Source: Octopus sinensis (taxonomy: Eukaryota). Taken from it: a stretch of 64,000 nucleotides of DNA. Positions 40,160 through 54,318 of this stretch are shown piece by piece. Numbering within the stretch: position 1 is the first letter of the stretch; each line of letters begins with the position of its first letter. The notes below the pieces were generated by a model. That model worked only from the letters and a program-made list of their open reading frames with translations. It did no database searches and was not told where the DNA came from. The stretch is from positions 46,872,001 through 46,936,000 of the forward strand of contig NC_043012.1 of NCBI RefSeq assembly GCF_006345805.1, given 5' to 3'. A program made the position numbers and the translations under genes.

Positions 40160-41913
40160 GTGTGTGTGTTTACAAATACATTACATGTGAGCTTATCTTT
40201 ACATACATGCAACCATTAACGAATGGTTTCTTTATGAAACAAGAGGAATTGTGTGGAAAATAAAATGATGAAGAAACTAGACTATTATTGCCAGGTATAG
40301 AGATGAGAATCAAAGCCAAATCAGTTGATTCTCTCTAATGCAACCCAGTTCTTTAAATAAAAGTTCATTCTATCTTATTAGATTCTTCTGAATCTCGTCA
40401 GCAGAAACACATTTGCTTTCTATGCAATAAACAAGTAGACCATCTAAGCTGTGCACCAACTACACGACGTGATGATAGTTTTGAATTTGGACAATTTCTT
40501 TAATTACACAACAGTAGATGAAATTCATAGAAAAATGCTAGCTAGACTGGTTTCCTATTTCTTGGAATAGCACTCTAATTCTTAAAGATGCTACGTACTA
40601 CAGATATCTATGTTGACATAATCTACTGCAGAGTATCAAATGTGATTGAAAGAAAGCGATGGCCAGTCATAGCCAATTGAGAATAGTCACGTACTTACAG
40701 AAATCAATCAGTTGAGTAAATGGTGTTTACGGATCTCAATGTTGGAAATGATTAATGTTTTACTTCGTATTGGTAAAAGAAATAAAATTAGAAAACATTT
40801 AAACAAAACAGAAGTTCAAGACAGAATACAAAATGGCGACTAATATTTGGATGAGTGTTAAAACATGTAGACATATAAAAATCATTTAATTTTCAGAGGA
40901 ATTACAAAGATCGTCATATTAGCATGAACTGCATTTGAGAATAAGGAAAAATAATACAACAAAGAAAATAGAAATAGCAAAATTATATTACAGTCTCCAA
41001 AGAATGTTATTCAGAAAGGAATATGAGATGAGGTAGAAAAAAATTGGATGCGATGAATTGCGTGTAAGAAAGGCGAAGTATACGCTATCATAGAAATGTA
41101 AATTGATAGAGATGTAGTATGGAAACTCTAAAAACGGAAAATTTGAAATGATGCATTAGCGTTATTAATACAGTCATCTGAAATATTATTGAATGCTCAA
41201 AGTTGAGTAATACACTTGTAGCAACAAATAGGCTATTAACTATGCGTAGCATTTCAGCTACCAAAATATCAAACAACTTAGGGAGATATTTCAATTTGGA
41301 GAGCTCGATTTCGTCACAAATAATTTTGATAAAATATAAAGTCAAAAGAAAAATGTTACCTCGTATTTATTGTATTGCAGTGAAATTTGTAGTGTTGCAG
41401 TAAATAAGTTACAAACAGCTCTTCCACTAATATGACAAAGATATATGTTTAGCTTAAGTCGCATTTATACTTGATACCATACACCAGGCCAAAACAGTAA
41501 GATTGTCGCATACATTTAAATAAAAAAATTAATGAATATTATAGTGATTGTTATTTCTTCGGCCGTCCCTTGTACTGGACACTTGCTTTTGAACTGCTGA
41601 CTTCTCCGTGCTATATGTAGGATGAATCAACAGTATGCGTAGCAGCCGTAAAACTGGAAGTGAATGTGCTTAAAGTGGTCGATCACACAGCAGAATATAG
41701 TGATGACAAAAACGCCTATCATTTGTATTAAGAAACACTCAAAACATAGTGATCGTTTGAAGAACACTCAAACATACACTGATTAACAGAATCTTATGGC
41801 GCCAATAAGCCAATCAGTTACATTATTTGCAAACTAAGATTAACAACAAAATATGTTTTATAATGATTAGTCAAATTACTTGCATGATAAAATTTCTCTT
41901 CGTGGTTTATAAA

Positions 41914-42047
41914 AAATCATATCTTCATGATTTATATAAATCAAATCTTCATGACTTATATAAATCATATCCTTAAATCCATATCTTAATGACTTATATA
42001 GATCATATCTGCATGATTTATGTAAATCATATCTTCATGATATATAC
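41914..42047. repeat. 24-bp quasi-palindromic minisatellite (~5.5 copies)
   Basis: Unit AAATCATATCTTCATGATTTATAT. Confidence 0.85.
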
Positions 42048-44261
42048 AAACTATAATAAAATTCTTTACTCAATGGATCTGTTTCATAGTAAGTATGATA
42101 TAATACGCAGGAATAGTTATCAGTAAGAGTTATTGTAGACTATTTTTAAGGAATATATGATCTGAAAATATATACATCATAATTTTATAATATAACAACC
42201 AATGAGATGCTATAGAGTAAATGTTTCTATTTATATGGATGAAAGAGGTTAACTGTTGGTCACAACAATTGCCACTATATAATGGTATTTAACTACCGAT
42301 CATTATACGTTTCGTTCACACAGACACACATACAGAGTGTGTATGCATAACTGAAGTTTGTAAATGTTCAAGCGCGTGTAATGTGATTATTTATATATTA
42401 AAATCCAGATTATCTGGGTTTATACAAAGACACAGTGAATTTGAAACAAAGATCAAATGTTCTTGACTTATCCACTGAACCAATAAAATTAAATCCACTG
42501 TAGCAAGAATTTGGTATTTCAAATGAGAATGTATAATCATTTGATATTATATCTCCATATATTAAAGTTATACATTAATTGGTATCTGATAGAAATGAAC
42601 TAGCATATAACACTAATCTCAGGTGGTATGTTTTACTTGAAATTTTTGTTGGGTGACTTCGATGAAAAGATTTTGATTATTCTTGAAATAGGAGGATATT
42701 CATAATATCTAATTCATTTTCTCACACATACCTTACACACACACACCGACACACGGTACCTAGTTGACATACAAACTAGTCAAATTCAGCTATTTCTCTG
42801 TATATTGAAAAAAATTATGAACAGCCTTAGTTGATTTTCGAACTTTATTGAGACCTCATCGGAGATGTCTACATCACTCGACCTGTCAGATTAACAAGTA
42901 TCCATTTATATATGATCGAACAGACTTCAAAACGACCGACTGGTTTTGGTCTGCGACGGCAGGAGACATTGTGTAGTAAAATCGATGAATTGAGTACAGT
43001 GAACTTGCAGCTAGGAGTTGAAAATGCAACGTTTCGTATAATGTTTTTCTTCAAGATCAGAATGAAAGGAGAGGAATATATGTGAGGCAGGAGAGTCTTA
43101 CAGTCGCTAAGCTAAAAGCACTGGCCTCAGGCAACTTTTTCAAAACACAAATCGTGACTCTTGTGTCCCTTTTGAAAGTTTCTTACTTTCCCTCGATCAA
43201 TAGAAGTAAAAAATAAGTATGTACACCCATGTATTGATTTCTATATATCTAGTTTTTTTCCACAAAATTTGTGTAGGTGTGTGTGTGTGTGTGCGTGTGT
43301 GTGTGTGCGTGCGTGCTGTACGTGTTGTGTGTGCGCTGAAGAAAGGCACATATGTATAGACACAAACAAACACATACACACACGCACACGCTCATGCATA
43401 TATTGTTCCGTTATTGGTGGGGATAAGCAAAAATGTACTCCATCCAGTGAAATTTAATAATTAAAGTAATTCAGCATGTGCTTCTATTAGTTTCATACTG
43501 TGTAAACACAAAAACTGGCTAGCTTATATAGCAAGTCTTGTGATTCCAAGCACATTTTCAGTCTGAAATATACAACGTGGCTGGTTTTTCCCTGACCCCC
43601 CCCCCCACACACAAACACGCTGGAATTTTGAGGAACTCCGATAAAGGACGAGAGAAAGATAAGAAGCAAAATTTGAATGAGGAAAAAGCAAAAAGTGGAC
43701 AGTGGAAAAGAATATACCTGCACCGCGAAATAATCTATAACTTAGGATACTTCTGGCGAAAGATGAAGTCTTGGTGAAGCGGATGCGACAAAAGGCCTTA
43801 TTTTAGAGGGTGAGCTAATGTTCACTGCAACAGAAAGTTATAACTTAAAGATATGTATATACTCACCCACGGTAAAATATATCAACCCATTTGAAGAAGA
43901 TTTTCTAGATATTATGGCAAATAAAAGAGTCCATAAATATTCTAATCCTTTCTAAGTTACACGAGAAATCTTGTATTAAAATCTTAAAAGTTTGTATTTT
44001 CTAATATGGCCAGTAAACTGTAGCATGGTACGTTGCTAAATGATACTTTTTTTCCACTAAATATAAGAAAGGCAACATAGATAGATACAATGATTTAAAC
44101 AAAGAAGATAAATTTTCGCTAACCGAAGTAAAATTGATGATGAGTCAGAATGTTTAGCTAAAATGGAAGCTAAAATTAGTCGATAAGGTGACGATAGTTT
44201 AGGTATTTCATACAGTTGTGATAGATCCTATACTTGATAAATTTAGGAAAAATCGCATATA

Positions 44262-45053
44262 CCAGTTATGATCAACAAGAATCCGGACTGTTGCCATAGT
44301 AACGAAGCCAAAGCACGCAAAGTAAAGTCGTTACTTAAAATGTGAACTCTGCTGTGCATGCGCATTAAATTTTAACGTTGAAAGTCACTTCTGCATTTTA
44401 ACAAGCAGTGCTTGGAAAGGAAGGTGTGTAGCGTGTTCTCATCGCATTGACCATAGTAGAGAAATTTGTCATGCCAATACCTGCTGAGAGGCCTACACAA
44501 AGTTGCAGAAAGTGTATGAGCCTCACACAAGTGTACGAGAGGTTCAGACGTTTCCGAGATGGCCGAAAAATATCGATATTGACGAAGGTTCTGGGAGACC
44601 CATAACTGAGACAAACATCGCATATGTGCATGCAGCTGCGAGAGGAAATCGTTGAATCCCCATCCATGATTTATCATAGGAAGTGAAGATTAGTTATGGT
44701 TCAGTCCATTATCACTGAAGTTTTGTGTATGAGATGCGTGTCTGCCATGTTTGTGCCAAAACTGTTTTTAGCTGACCAAAAACACACTCGGGTTTCAGTT
44801 GTATAAGATCACATTGTAAAAACGTTGCGTGGACCTCTGAGCAGGTATCGCCAAGCTTTTGGCAAAATTTGATGCAGATTCTCTGCTCGACTTTCTCTGT
44901 TATGTTTAATGCAACGAACACACGCTACACATGTTTTTTTTCAAGCACTGCTGTAAACAGCGGAAGTGAGCTAGTACGTTAAAACTTACTGCGCATGGAC
45001 ATCAGTATTCAAGATGCGTGCTTTAGCTTCGTTACTATGGTAATCAGACCACG
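44262..45053. mobile_element. Mariner derivative with two 5' ends in inverted orientation
   Basis: Left arm (plus) and right arm (minus) both carry CCATAGTAACGAAGC.AAAGCACGCA and the transposase start (TEKVEQRICIKFCQKLGDTCSE). The middle encodes a degenerate ...GSGRP... HTH region. TA flanks. Confidence 0.75.
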
Positions 45054-45587
45054 TATAGTCAATTGGGCCTCAGTATTACTGTAAACACTAATATCTCTGC
45101 AGTCAACTTCTTAAATGTTTCTTGTGACCTAAATATGTGCTCTTATAAACCTTCTAGCAAATCGAATAAGAAGCTCACGTATAAATATGAACAGTCGTGT
45201 CAACTTAGCAGTCGTCAAAAACCTTATAACTAATATCGGTAATTGGATATCTGATCTTCTGGGGAAATATTTAGTAAATAGTACTGTAATAATGCCCTGA
45301 ATAACAGTGGATTCGGGGATAAGATACCTTAAGTCTATAATTAAAAATATGAAACCTAAAAATCAAATCTAGGAAGTTAATATCGCTGCTCCTTCTTTAT
45401 TAATGTTAAGACGAACGTAAGTAGGAAATTATTGGTTTTAATAGATAGGCTTTTGTAGCTAACCACAGATACATGAAAACGTGTAAAACTGAAAGCTGCA
45501 TGTATCTGTTGTCCAAATATGATTGATTTTATGCGAAGGTGATTTAAAAAAAAAAGAATTGCGAACCGTCAAACTTTTCTGCAACAG

Positions 45588-45942
45588 GTGGATAACAAGA
45601 AATCTACTAAGTTAGCCATATTAGGCATCTGAAGGCTTACTGCACACCACACACCACCAGGAAGAACATCGTGGATCGATTCACCACATGTACTGATGGA
45701 TCAAAGTGATGCAGATTTCGTGTAGCCGGAATAACGCAAATTTCTTCTTAAAATTTAAGAACTCTATGGACCTGATAAATTCCAAATCTAATACCTTTAT
45801 TGAATGTAGATATTTTTCGAACTGGAGGACACCAACTCTCCGGTTTAAACATGCAATCACACAAACTTTCAATGTATCAGGTTGCACCAAACTTATTAAT
45901 CTTGAACTGAACATCATCAACATTCTGATTTAAACGAATGAG
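45588..45942 (+). other. Candidate exon with strong splice signals ending ATG AG|GTAAGT
   Basis: TTTTCTGCAACAG| acceptor and a perfect GTAAGT donor followed by a pyrimidine tract. No frame is open across the whole exon. Confidence 0.3.
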
Positions 45943-46249
45943 GTAAGTCTTTTCTTTCCCTTTTTTTCCCTCACTTGATTGATTCTACTTTTATCGTTCG
46001 AATTTTTGCCTTTAAATTCATTGTTTATTCGAATCTGAATGATTCAGTGGAAACACACGTCTTGGTATGTAAGCTTGCCCGTTTATTGTGAAGCTAAATG
46101 TAAATAACACATGAAACTAACAGTAGCTCATATTTAAATATGGTGGATGTATATCCCCGTCTTTCCTGAGCGTCAATAATACTTTAATTGTTCCACGTCC
46201 TGCGTTGCTGTGTTTTTTTCTTTTTTCTGTGTTTTCTTGTTTGGATTAA

Positions 46250-46313
<64 letters not shown>

Positions 46314-46315
<2 letters not shown>

Positions 46316-47023
46316 AGGGGAAGTCAAAAGTTAACCGCACATTCGATATGACTTATCTTTATTCTTGTCACACTGCATTCTGCGCATGCATGCTTATAGC
46401 TGGTACTATTGTGGTCACGTGATGTACGTTTGAGCCTGATCGCGCCATTGATTTATTTCTGGATTTACAGTGTAAGCATAGGCGCTCCACTACCAATTTT
46501 CACCAAAGGAGAACAAAAAGTAATGATCCAATATCTCTGGAAAAGGGGTATAAGATCAACAGTGCAAGATGCAATGATCTGCTGGCCAACAAACGGGAGC
46601 CAGTAATTCTCACCAAACGCCGAAGCCTATTGCCGAAGAAAGTTTTTTTATTGCATGAAATTGCACACCCACGCACGGCCATCCAGACCGTTGAACCCGT
46701 TAACCAATTATATGCTGAGGTGCTGGAAGACGCTGCCTGCAGTCCAGATCTCGCCCCTTCCGACTATCATATATTTGAACTGTTCAAAGATGGTTTACGA
46801 AATTGTCGATATCCTATGGATGAAAATATGAAGGAAGCAGCGTATCAATGGTTATACGCCTAACCGAAAACCTTTTTCTTGGAGGGAATACGTAAATTTG
46901 TTGACCAATGGACCAAGTGCATCGAAAAGGAAGAAGACTATATAGAACAATAACCTACTTGTTTATCCCCAGCTTTTGTGTAAATACATTGAAAAAACAA
47001 GATAGCGTATAATTTTTGACTCG
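46314..47023 (+). mobile_element. Internally deleted mariner element
   Basis: TA-flanked imperfect TIRs (CAAGGGGAAGTCAAAAGTT / CGAGTCAAAAATT). C-terminal transposase SPDLAPSDYHIF...EGIRKFVDQWTKCIEKEEDYIEQ. Confidence 0.88.
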
Positions 47024-47796
47024 TATATATATATTGACAAAGGGTTGAAACTGGAAGACACAAAAGTTATGTAATGGAATTCATTAGCTCACAGCTATTT
47101 CTGTTATAAGGGTTCCTGGGTAATATCTTATATGAATATGAAGTGCATTTTATTTGGGGAAGTTACATTTTCAGATCATACAGGTGTTAGAAGTGAGGAT
47201 GTTAGTGTTGATGCCTATGGAAAGATCTATAAAATTGTAGAAAAGTATGCGAATATAAGCATGCGCTTATACCAGAATGAAATAAAAAAACAGCGATCTT
47301 TCGTAGACACATAGTCACTCAGCAAAAGCAGAGATACATGGGTAGATGCGCACACGTATATGCACTCACGCCACATACACACAGCCACATACACATACAC
47401 ACACACAAACACATCTATATTTATATGCGTCCTTGCAAAATATATTCATACGCACGGCGTCATCGTTTTATTTATATTACCACACTCTACACATGTAACA
47501 TTGTGTTCTCGACCATATGTATATTGAGTCCTACACCAAGGTATTAGTCTCGCTATACCTAAGCGATATGCATACATATTAAATAATAAATCGTATGGTA
47601 TACACCTGGTAGCTTACCGTTAAAGCATGATCACTTTCATAGTGTTTATTGGCAATTGAATAATGAAAGAGATGGAACATGGAAGATACGAGAATGTTTG
47701 TTGGTCACCCATCTAGCATCGATCCCACACGGATGGAATACATGACATGCCGATCCTTTTTAGTTCTAGAGATATTTCATGAAACAATATTTGCTG

Positions 47797-47797
<1 letters not shown>

Positions 47798-47855
<58 letters not shown>

Positions 47856-47882
47856 GGAGCTGAGAGAGAGAGAGAGAGAGAG
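47798..47882. repeat. (AG)n microsatellite
   Basis: Directly visible. Confidence 0.95.
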
Positions 47883-48489
47883 TAAGAGAAAGAGAAAGAG
47901 TGGGGGAGAGAGAAAACGAAGGAAAGAACCTATATTAATTTACTATTTTCAGGAAAAAGAAATAATGTTTATATCTAAGTAGAATATTGTGTTCCGGTTC
48001 CTTATCTATTAAATTTCTGTAGTTGCCGTAATCTGAAATTTGGCACAGTGTGCAGGTGATATTTGGCACGTACAAAGAAATAGATTTTTAATGTTAGGAT
48101 GGGATGATAATTTATGTGTCTCTTGCTTTCAATAAAACATTAAAAATAAGAGTGCAAACTTTTTACGCTAAATAACTAATGAATAAGTGCCGTATTAATG
48201 TCAGCAAGCATAACGCTCAGTATGAATTCAAAACGTTCTTTTATTCATTACATGAAGAAGTTTTATATAAACAAATGAGTACGGTATAGCATGTAACCCA
48301 TAAATAACTAAAGTGAAAATTCAAATGTATGTTAATTGGAAGTAAATGTGTGAGAAAAATTAATCAATTTTCTCTCGATCTAATACTTACTCTGCTATTT
48401 GAATGAAACACTCTACTTTTCTCTGACGTATAACATCGACAGTTTCCTTGCATTCTACAGTGTTACTTCAAACACGCACACACACACGT

Positions 48490-48551
<62 letters not shown>

Positions 48552-48557
<6 letters not shown>

Positions 48558-49436
48558 GATGGGTTAATTGTTACCATTTTACATTTTGATTTCACGCATG
48601 CGCATTGTTTGTCTTTGATGTTTTCGACTACACAGTATAGTAGGTTCAGTTGGGCATCTTCTATGAGATAGGCAGCACCATGACGCAGTTCATTCTGCCA
48701 GAAATTTGGAAACGACATGCTTCACTGCTTGGCATTTGTGCCGGCAACTCCAATACGAACATTTCAGAGTGTTCAGGTGTCAATCTGAGGACACTGTAAT
48801 CTGAAGACATGCACCGGAGGGGATAAAAATCAGACATCCAGTCAACATCATGGTGTTTGGAGTGATTACTAGTGATGGCAATATTATGCAACTATTTATC
48901 TTCCCACACAGACTCAGACTCTACATGGGGGCCTACATCATGTGCCTGGAAGAGGTAGTGTTGCTCTTGGTCAAAAGGATTGCTGCTGGAAGACCCTATC
49001 TCTGGCAACAGGACTCTGCACATTGCCATACAAACAGGAGAACCTAGTCATGGCTGTAAGACAATTTCTGCGACTGCATCACCATCTCTCCTAACATCTG
49101 ACCACCTAAATCCCCAGACTCAGCCCCCTTGATTATTATGTGTGGGGGGCAGCGGAGCGAGAGGCCAACAAAACTCCTAGTAACAACAAAGGTGAACTGA
49201 AGGCAAAAATTATGGCAGCATTGCCCAACTTAAACAAAGGAGACCGTCCAGAAGAGCTGCAGGAGGTTCCGAAATCGTCTGGAGACGATGGTTGAAGCCA
49301 ATGGCAATTTTATGAAATATATTTAATCTTTAGTATTTCAAGATATTTTTACGTAATTTTTGGTAAATATATCTGTTAAAATGAGATGCCATCATTATTG
49401 CGTAATTTAGACGAAAGTTTATCCATTGCAACCCTG
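48552..49436 (+). mobile_element. Degenerate Tc1/mariner-superfamily element (maT/DD37D-like), internally deleted
   Basis: HPVNIMVFGVITSDG, RPYLWQQDSAHCHT, PPKSPDSAPLDYYVWG and CRRFRNRLETMVEANG. Imperfect CAGAGTG / CAGGGTTG termini. Confidence 0.82.
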
Positions 49437-49444
49437 TCCACACC

Positions 49445-49512
<68 letters not shown>

Positions 49513-50552
49513 TGTGTGTGAGTAGTATGTATAAATTTTAAATTAAATAAATTCTTTTAAATTGATTTATTTAGTTTGTACATTAAACATGAAACTAGAC
49601 CTGTATTAACCACGCTAACCTTAAAATAGACTTAATTCATTTCGCCTGCCTTACATCATTTCGTATCAAGGAGAACTGTCGATGTTTTATAAAAAAATTG
49701 ATCATTCAACACACATGCAAATAAGTTTTTTTAACTGCTCATCTCCCTCTCTCTATATGTATGCCAGTAGAGATACTCGACGTTGCCTGTGTTACATGGA
49801 ACTGAATAATTAGACTTTAGTTTTGTATTTGCTCTAATGAAATGTAATACATATGTTTCGAATTTCATAAAAACTGGAGATTAAGAACTTTAATGCGGGT
49901 TCTTTCCCTCTTTACACACCCTAACAAAAATTCTAATCATGACATATTTATCCCACACTACTCATCGTTATGCCCAGATTCCAAAATCCACATCTTATAA
50001 AACCCAGTCAAAGGTTTTTGCTCCTGGAAAATGGAGTACATGGAGCACATGGAGGTCTAAAACGTAGGATTTAAGGCTCCTATTAGTCAACCACAGAAGT
50101 CAAACCACAGAAGTGGAATTGTTGGGAATCTTTTTTAATATTATCTTATATCTTGTTCAAATTTCTTTGAAATCGGAAATATATGAATGTTTACTGGGTC
50201 TGTAAAAGAGTGCAAAGCTAGAGGAAACCAAACGACGAATGATCACAGTCAGCTACCCTACCCTAGTCGTTACAACTCTCCAGCGTATGGTTTTTCACCA
50301 TGCAGGTGATCGGCACAGTCGTAAGATGCATTACGGATCTATAGCAATTGGAAGGGCGTGGCCAAACTCAACCATTAGCAACTGTGTTATGTGAGGGCTA
50401 AAGGAAAATGAAAGTGTCATCTCTGGAGTTTGCGAATGATCACTTTGCCGATAGGTAACTGAACAGAATAAATTTGCAATATATAAACCTCTTTGAATGA
50501 CCAATCACCTATCTGGAAAGACCTTGAAATCAGTGTTACAATCTGGGGTCTA

Positions 50553-51628
50553 TCCCTGATCTAGTGATAATAAAAAGACTCAAAGGATGTCTGCAACCAA
50601 ATAATTTTACTCAAAATAACACTTTGCAACTGAATCACCTTTACTTGACAATGTATGCACGACATTGCAGAAATCACAATCTAAGTATATCTCAAAGCAA
50701 ACTCTTACACTGGATTACAAATAACGCTCATCTTGTATCCTCGGGTGACTTTACAGTTTCCAAGACGATAATTGCAAAATGACTAAATTGTGGGACCCCC
50801 ATTAACGGGTCTTACTAACCTCCATGGAGTTGAAATTTTAGGAATATTACTTCATTTATGTCTAATATCTATGGTTAAAATTTCATCAACAGCAAAAATA
50901 TATGAATGTTCAGTGGGGTTACGGCCTCAGTTATGCCCCCTCACTTTCAACCATATACTGCACTACACCCGCCGTTATGTATAGAATACAATTTCCAAAT
51001 TTCATAAAGATCCATTCAATACTTTTGACCCTGTTTTCGGTCATAAAAATGACTAAACTTTGGGGGTTAAGGCCCACATTGGTGGTGGAGTCTTAGAATC
51101 CTCATGAGAAGCGGAGACTTTGGGAATACTTCTTGATTTGTGTCAATTACCTATAGTTGAAATTCATCAACATCGGAAATTTATGAATTTTCATGAGGAA
51201 GGTTCTGCCCCTTTTAAACCTCCTCAAATTCAAACCAAATATATTGCATTATACCAGTTTTATGCATTGAATCAAAGTTCCAAATATCATCAGGATCCAT
51301 TCAGTAATTTTAGTCCGTGAAAAATGACTAAAATTTGGGGGTTAAGCCGCAATTAACGAATCTTAGAATCATCCAAAGAAATGGAAATTTTGGGTATATT
51401 TTAAAATTTATTTCTAATACCTATGGTTCGAATTTCATCAAAATCCGAAGCGTATGAGTTTTCACGGAGGGTTCTGCCTCCTCTTATTCCCCCCTGAATA
51501 TTTTATGAAATATACGGAATTACCTTTCTCCTTAGGCTTGGATTTTGTGTTCGAAATTTCATCAGAACTGGTCCAGTAGTTTTCGTGTCTGTAAGACACG
51601 AACGCATGAACACACAGACATTGACTTT

Positions 51629-51640
<12 letters not shown>
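50553..51640 (+). mobile_element. Non-autonomous Helitron/Helentron-like element with ~270-bp internal tandem subrepeats
   Basis: AATGACTAAA..TGGG repeated at ~50778, 51048 and 51322. The 3' end AAATTTCATCAGAACTGGTCCAGTAGTTTT...ACAGACATTGACTTTTATATA resembles invertebrate Helitron-associated ends. Class assignment is from recalled similarity. Confidence 0.5.
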
Positions 51641-51690
<50 letters not shown>

Positions 51691-52154
51691 TTGTATGTAT
51701 AAATATATGTGTATTTATGAATATACGAATATATGCGTATAAATGTATGGATAGCAAATACCAATTGCGGAAGGATTTTCAGGACGCTTAATTATCAGTA
51801 TATTACTTCAAACAACTTTAATTGTTTATTTATTTATTTATTTATTTATTAATTTCAAAGATGACATGCTAAAACAGATAATATGCTAACACAAAAATGA
51901 AAATGCATGCAATAATTGTTGCTATCCCCTGCAGACTACACCAGTTTAGAAATTGCCAATATTCTAAATGTTGCAAGATCGTTTGTACACTATGTTCGGA
52001 GGTAATTGGGAAACTGAAGCTGGAATATTTCAAATGTATCAAAGAGGGAAAGGATAAAAGAGGGAGAGAGACAACGAGTAACAAAATGTATTTTTGTTTC
52101 TCTCTCTGTCTCTGTCTGTCTCTCTTTTTTTCTCTTCCTCTCTCGCTCTCTCAC

Positions 52155-53045
52155 AGGCATTGGAATACTATAAGGATACCGCAATTCATTGAAAATGTTA
52201 AAATCCACATTCGAGGGTGATCCCAGAAAATCAATGCTGGTCATTGCCATCGAACTTAATGTGTTGGAGTGGGATGTGGTACTCGAGGAAACTCCATAGA
52301 AGTAGTTGGCACTGGACAGAGGCCAATTGATGAGTGCAAAAATACAGAGAACCGTTGATCCGTTCTAAACATAAAATCCTTCACGAATGTGGCATTCTTT
52401 GTTTCTTCTCTGATGAGAAGAACCTCGACCAAGACCACAAATCTAACAGGAAACATGATCGATGGCTATGTGATGCACACTAAGTTTCCAATAGTTGCGT
52501 CGGTTGTAGAAGTGATGTGTAACGACGGTAATGCTATGCTATCACACGTGTTTCCACGGCGTCTTAGAATTGATATTGCTGGATAGGCTGAGGTGCTGGA
52601 GACACCCTGGGTATATGAATGTACACAGTTGAAGGCTATATTTCAACAAGACTCAGTACATTTTCATAAAGTACACGTCACGTAAGAATATATGTCAATA
52701 TTTACGAACACGAAACACGTAGCTGTGGCCTCCAAGCTCACCAAATTTAAATCCCATGACCCACTTACATTGAAGCGTTGTTGCAAGGCGTAGTATTTGA
52801 CATCCTTACCATAACACTGCTTCACTGAATGACGCCATTATCCAGGTGATATGAGAAATAATAACGACTTTTAGTGTAGACAATCCAACGATTCTGGTCC
52901 GGCATTGAAGCAGTCAGCCAAGCCGAAGGTGTATTTAAGAAAATTTACAGGTACGTTGTGAACAAATTTGCATGAAAATGCAATTGTATTTGCTAGTTTA
53001 GATCTGTTTTATTAAAAATCAAAGTATATCCCAAAATATCTCTCG
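52155..53045 (+). mobile_element. Highly degenerate maT/DD37D-like transposon
   Basis: SDEKNLDQDHKSNRKHDRWLCD, MHTKFP, IFQQDSVHFHK and WPPSSPNLNPM remnants. Confidence 0.72.
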
Positions 53046-53111
53046 CACCAGTATATGGACTTATACGTGTGTTTGTGTGTGAGTATTATGTATGTGTGTT
53101 TGTTTGTATGT

Positions 53112-53159
<48 letters not shown>

Positions 53160-54201
53160 TCATTTATGTAAGACTAACAAGAAATAACACATATTGTACC
53201 TACTTCCTCAGTATTTATATATTTCATGGGTTTTTTCGACAAAGAAATCTTATACCATTTGAAAATACAAACCTCTACATCTTTCTTAACTGCAGAAAGG
53301 GTTGAGAGGTAAAAGAAATCGAGAGAGAACGAAAAAAAAAAAAATGAACGGAGTGAAAAAATGTGTAGGGCTGTATGTATATGTATATTCTCTATATTTC
53401 GATACCAAATCTTGTTAACATATTTCTTCTGTGTTGAATATTAGTTCCCCAACTTTTAATATAGAAGCTATGATCAATAATTTACAATAGGGTAGAATGA
53501 CTTGTAATACATCATGTTATTAGCATGTTGCAATTCGTCAGGTTAATTTTTCGTTGAATATGACCTTGTTATTGAAGGAGAACTGATTGATTATATATGA
53601 GAAAATGCAAATTTCTTTGTCGAAGATTTATGAAAAGTTTTATTTATATCAAAATAATTTGAATTTACAAACGTGATCACTGTGAAATGTATTAGATGGC
53701 TTGAACCCTTATGCAAGGCATTTAGATATTGTCATTTGAATAAGGATGAAATGAAAAATGAGAGCATTAGTGAAGTGGAGAGAAAATGATTAATTAGACT
53801 GGAGTCATCAGATGTGATACCTGATTTATCGTATGTGTGAAGTGGACAGCGAATATGTATGTGTTTCTGAGCGGTAATCTGTATGATGTGAGCGATTAGC
53901 TAATTGATGGATTCTCTATTGTGAACTGATTTCAACAGGATCGTTATTAGATGGCAGCATACTTAAAATGGGATCTTAGAAAGTAGAAATTAAATTAACA
54001 CAGCCCGAAAGGAAAGACTAATAGACGAATTAAAGAAATTCTGTCGGAACATAAATTTCACTTCCATCAGTAGCATTTAATACGATTGTCGAATTTGCTG
54101 CTGGGAAATGTCGCTTCCTTTCCACGCTTACGATTCATTTTAACTATAAAGGAAAATCAAAATAAAGAAGTTCAAAAAGATAATTGCGTTTAAATATATA
54201 T

Positions 54202-54249
<48 letters not shown>

Positions 54250-54262
54250 TGCTGTCCTTATA

Positions 54263-54318
<56 letters not shown>

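Noticed and set aside
41203-41403. Further copy of the repeat module (QIILIKYK resembling EIILSRFK)
   Set aside because: Only a 10-nt AT-rich match, with no matching acceptor or donor context.
50778-51560. CRISPR-like or regularly spaced repeat array
   Set aside because: Units are whole ~270-bp diverged repeats with no unique spacers, in a eukaryotic context.
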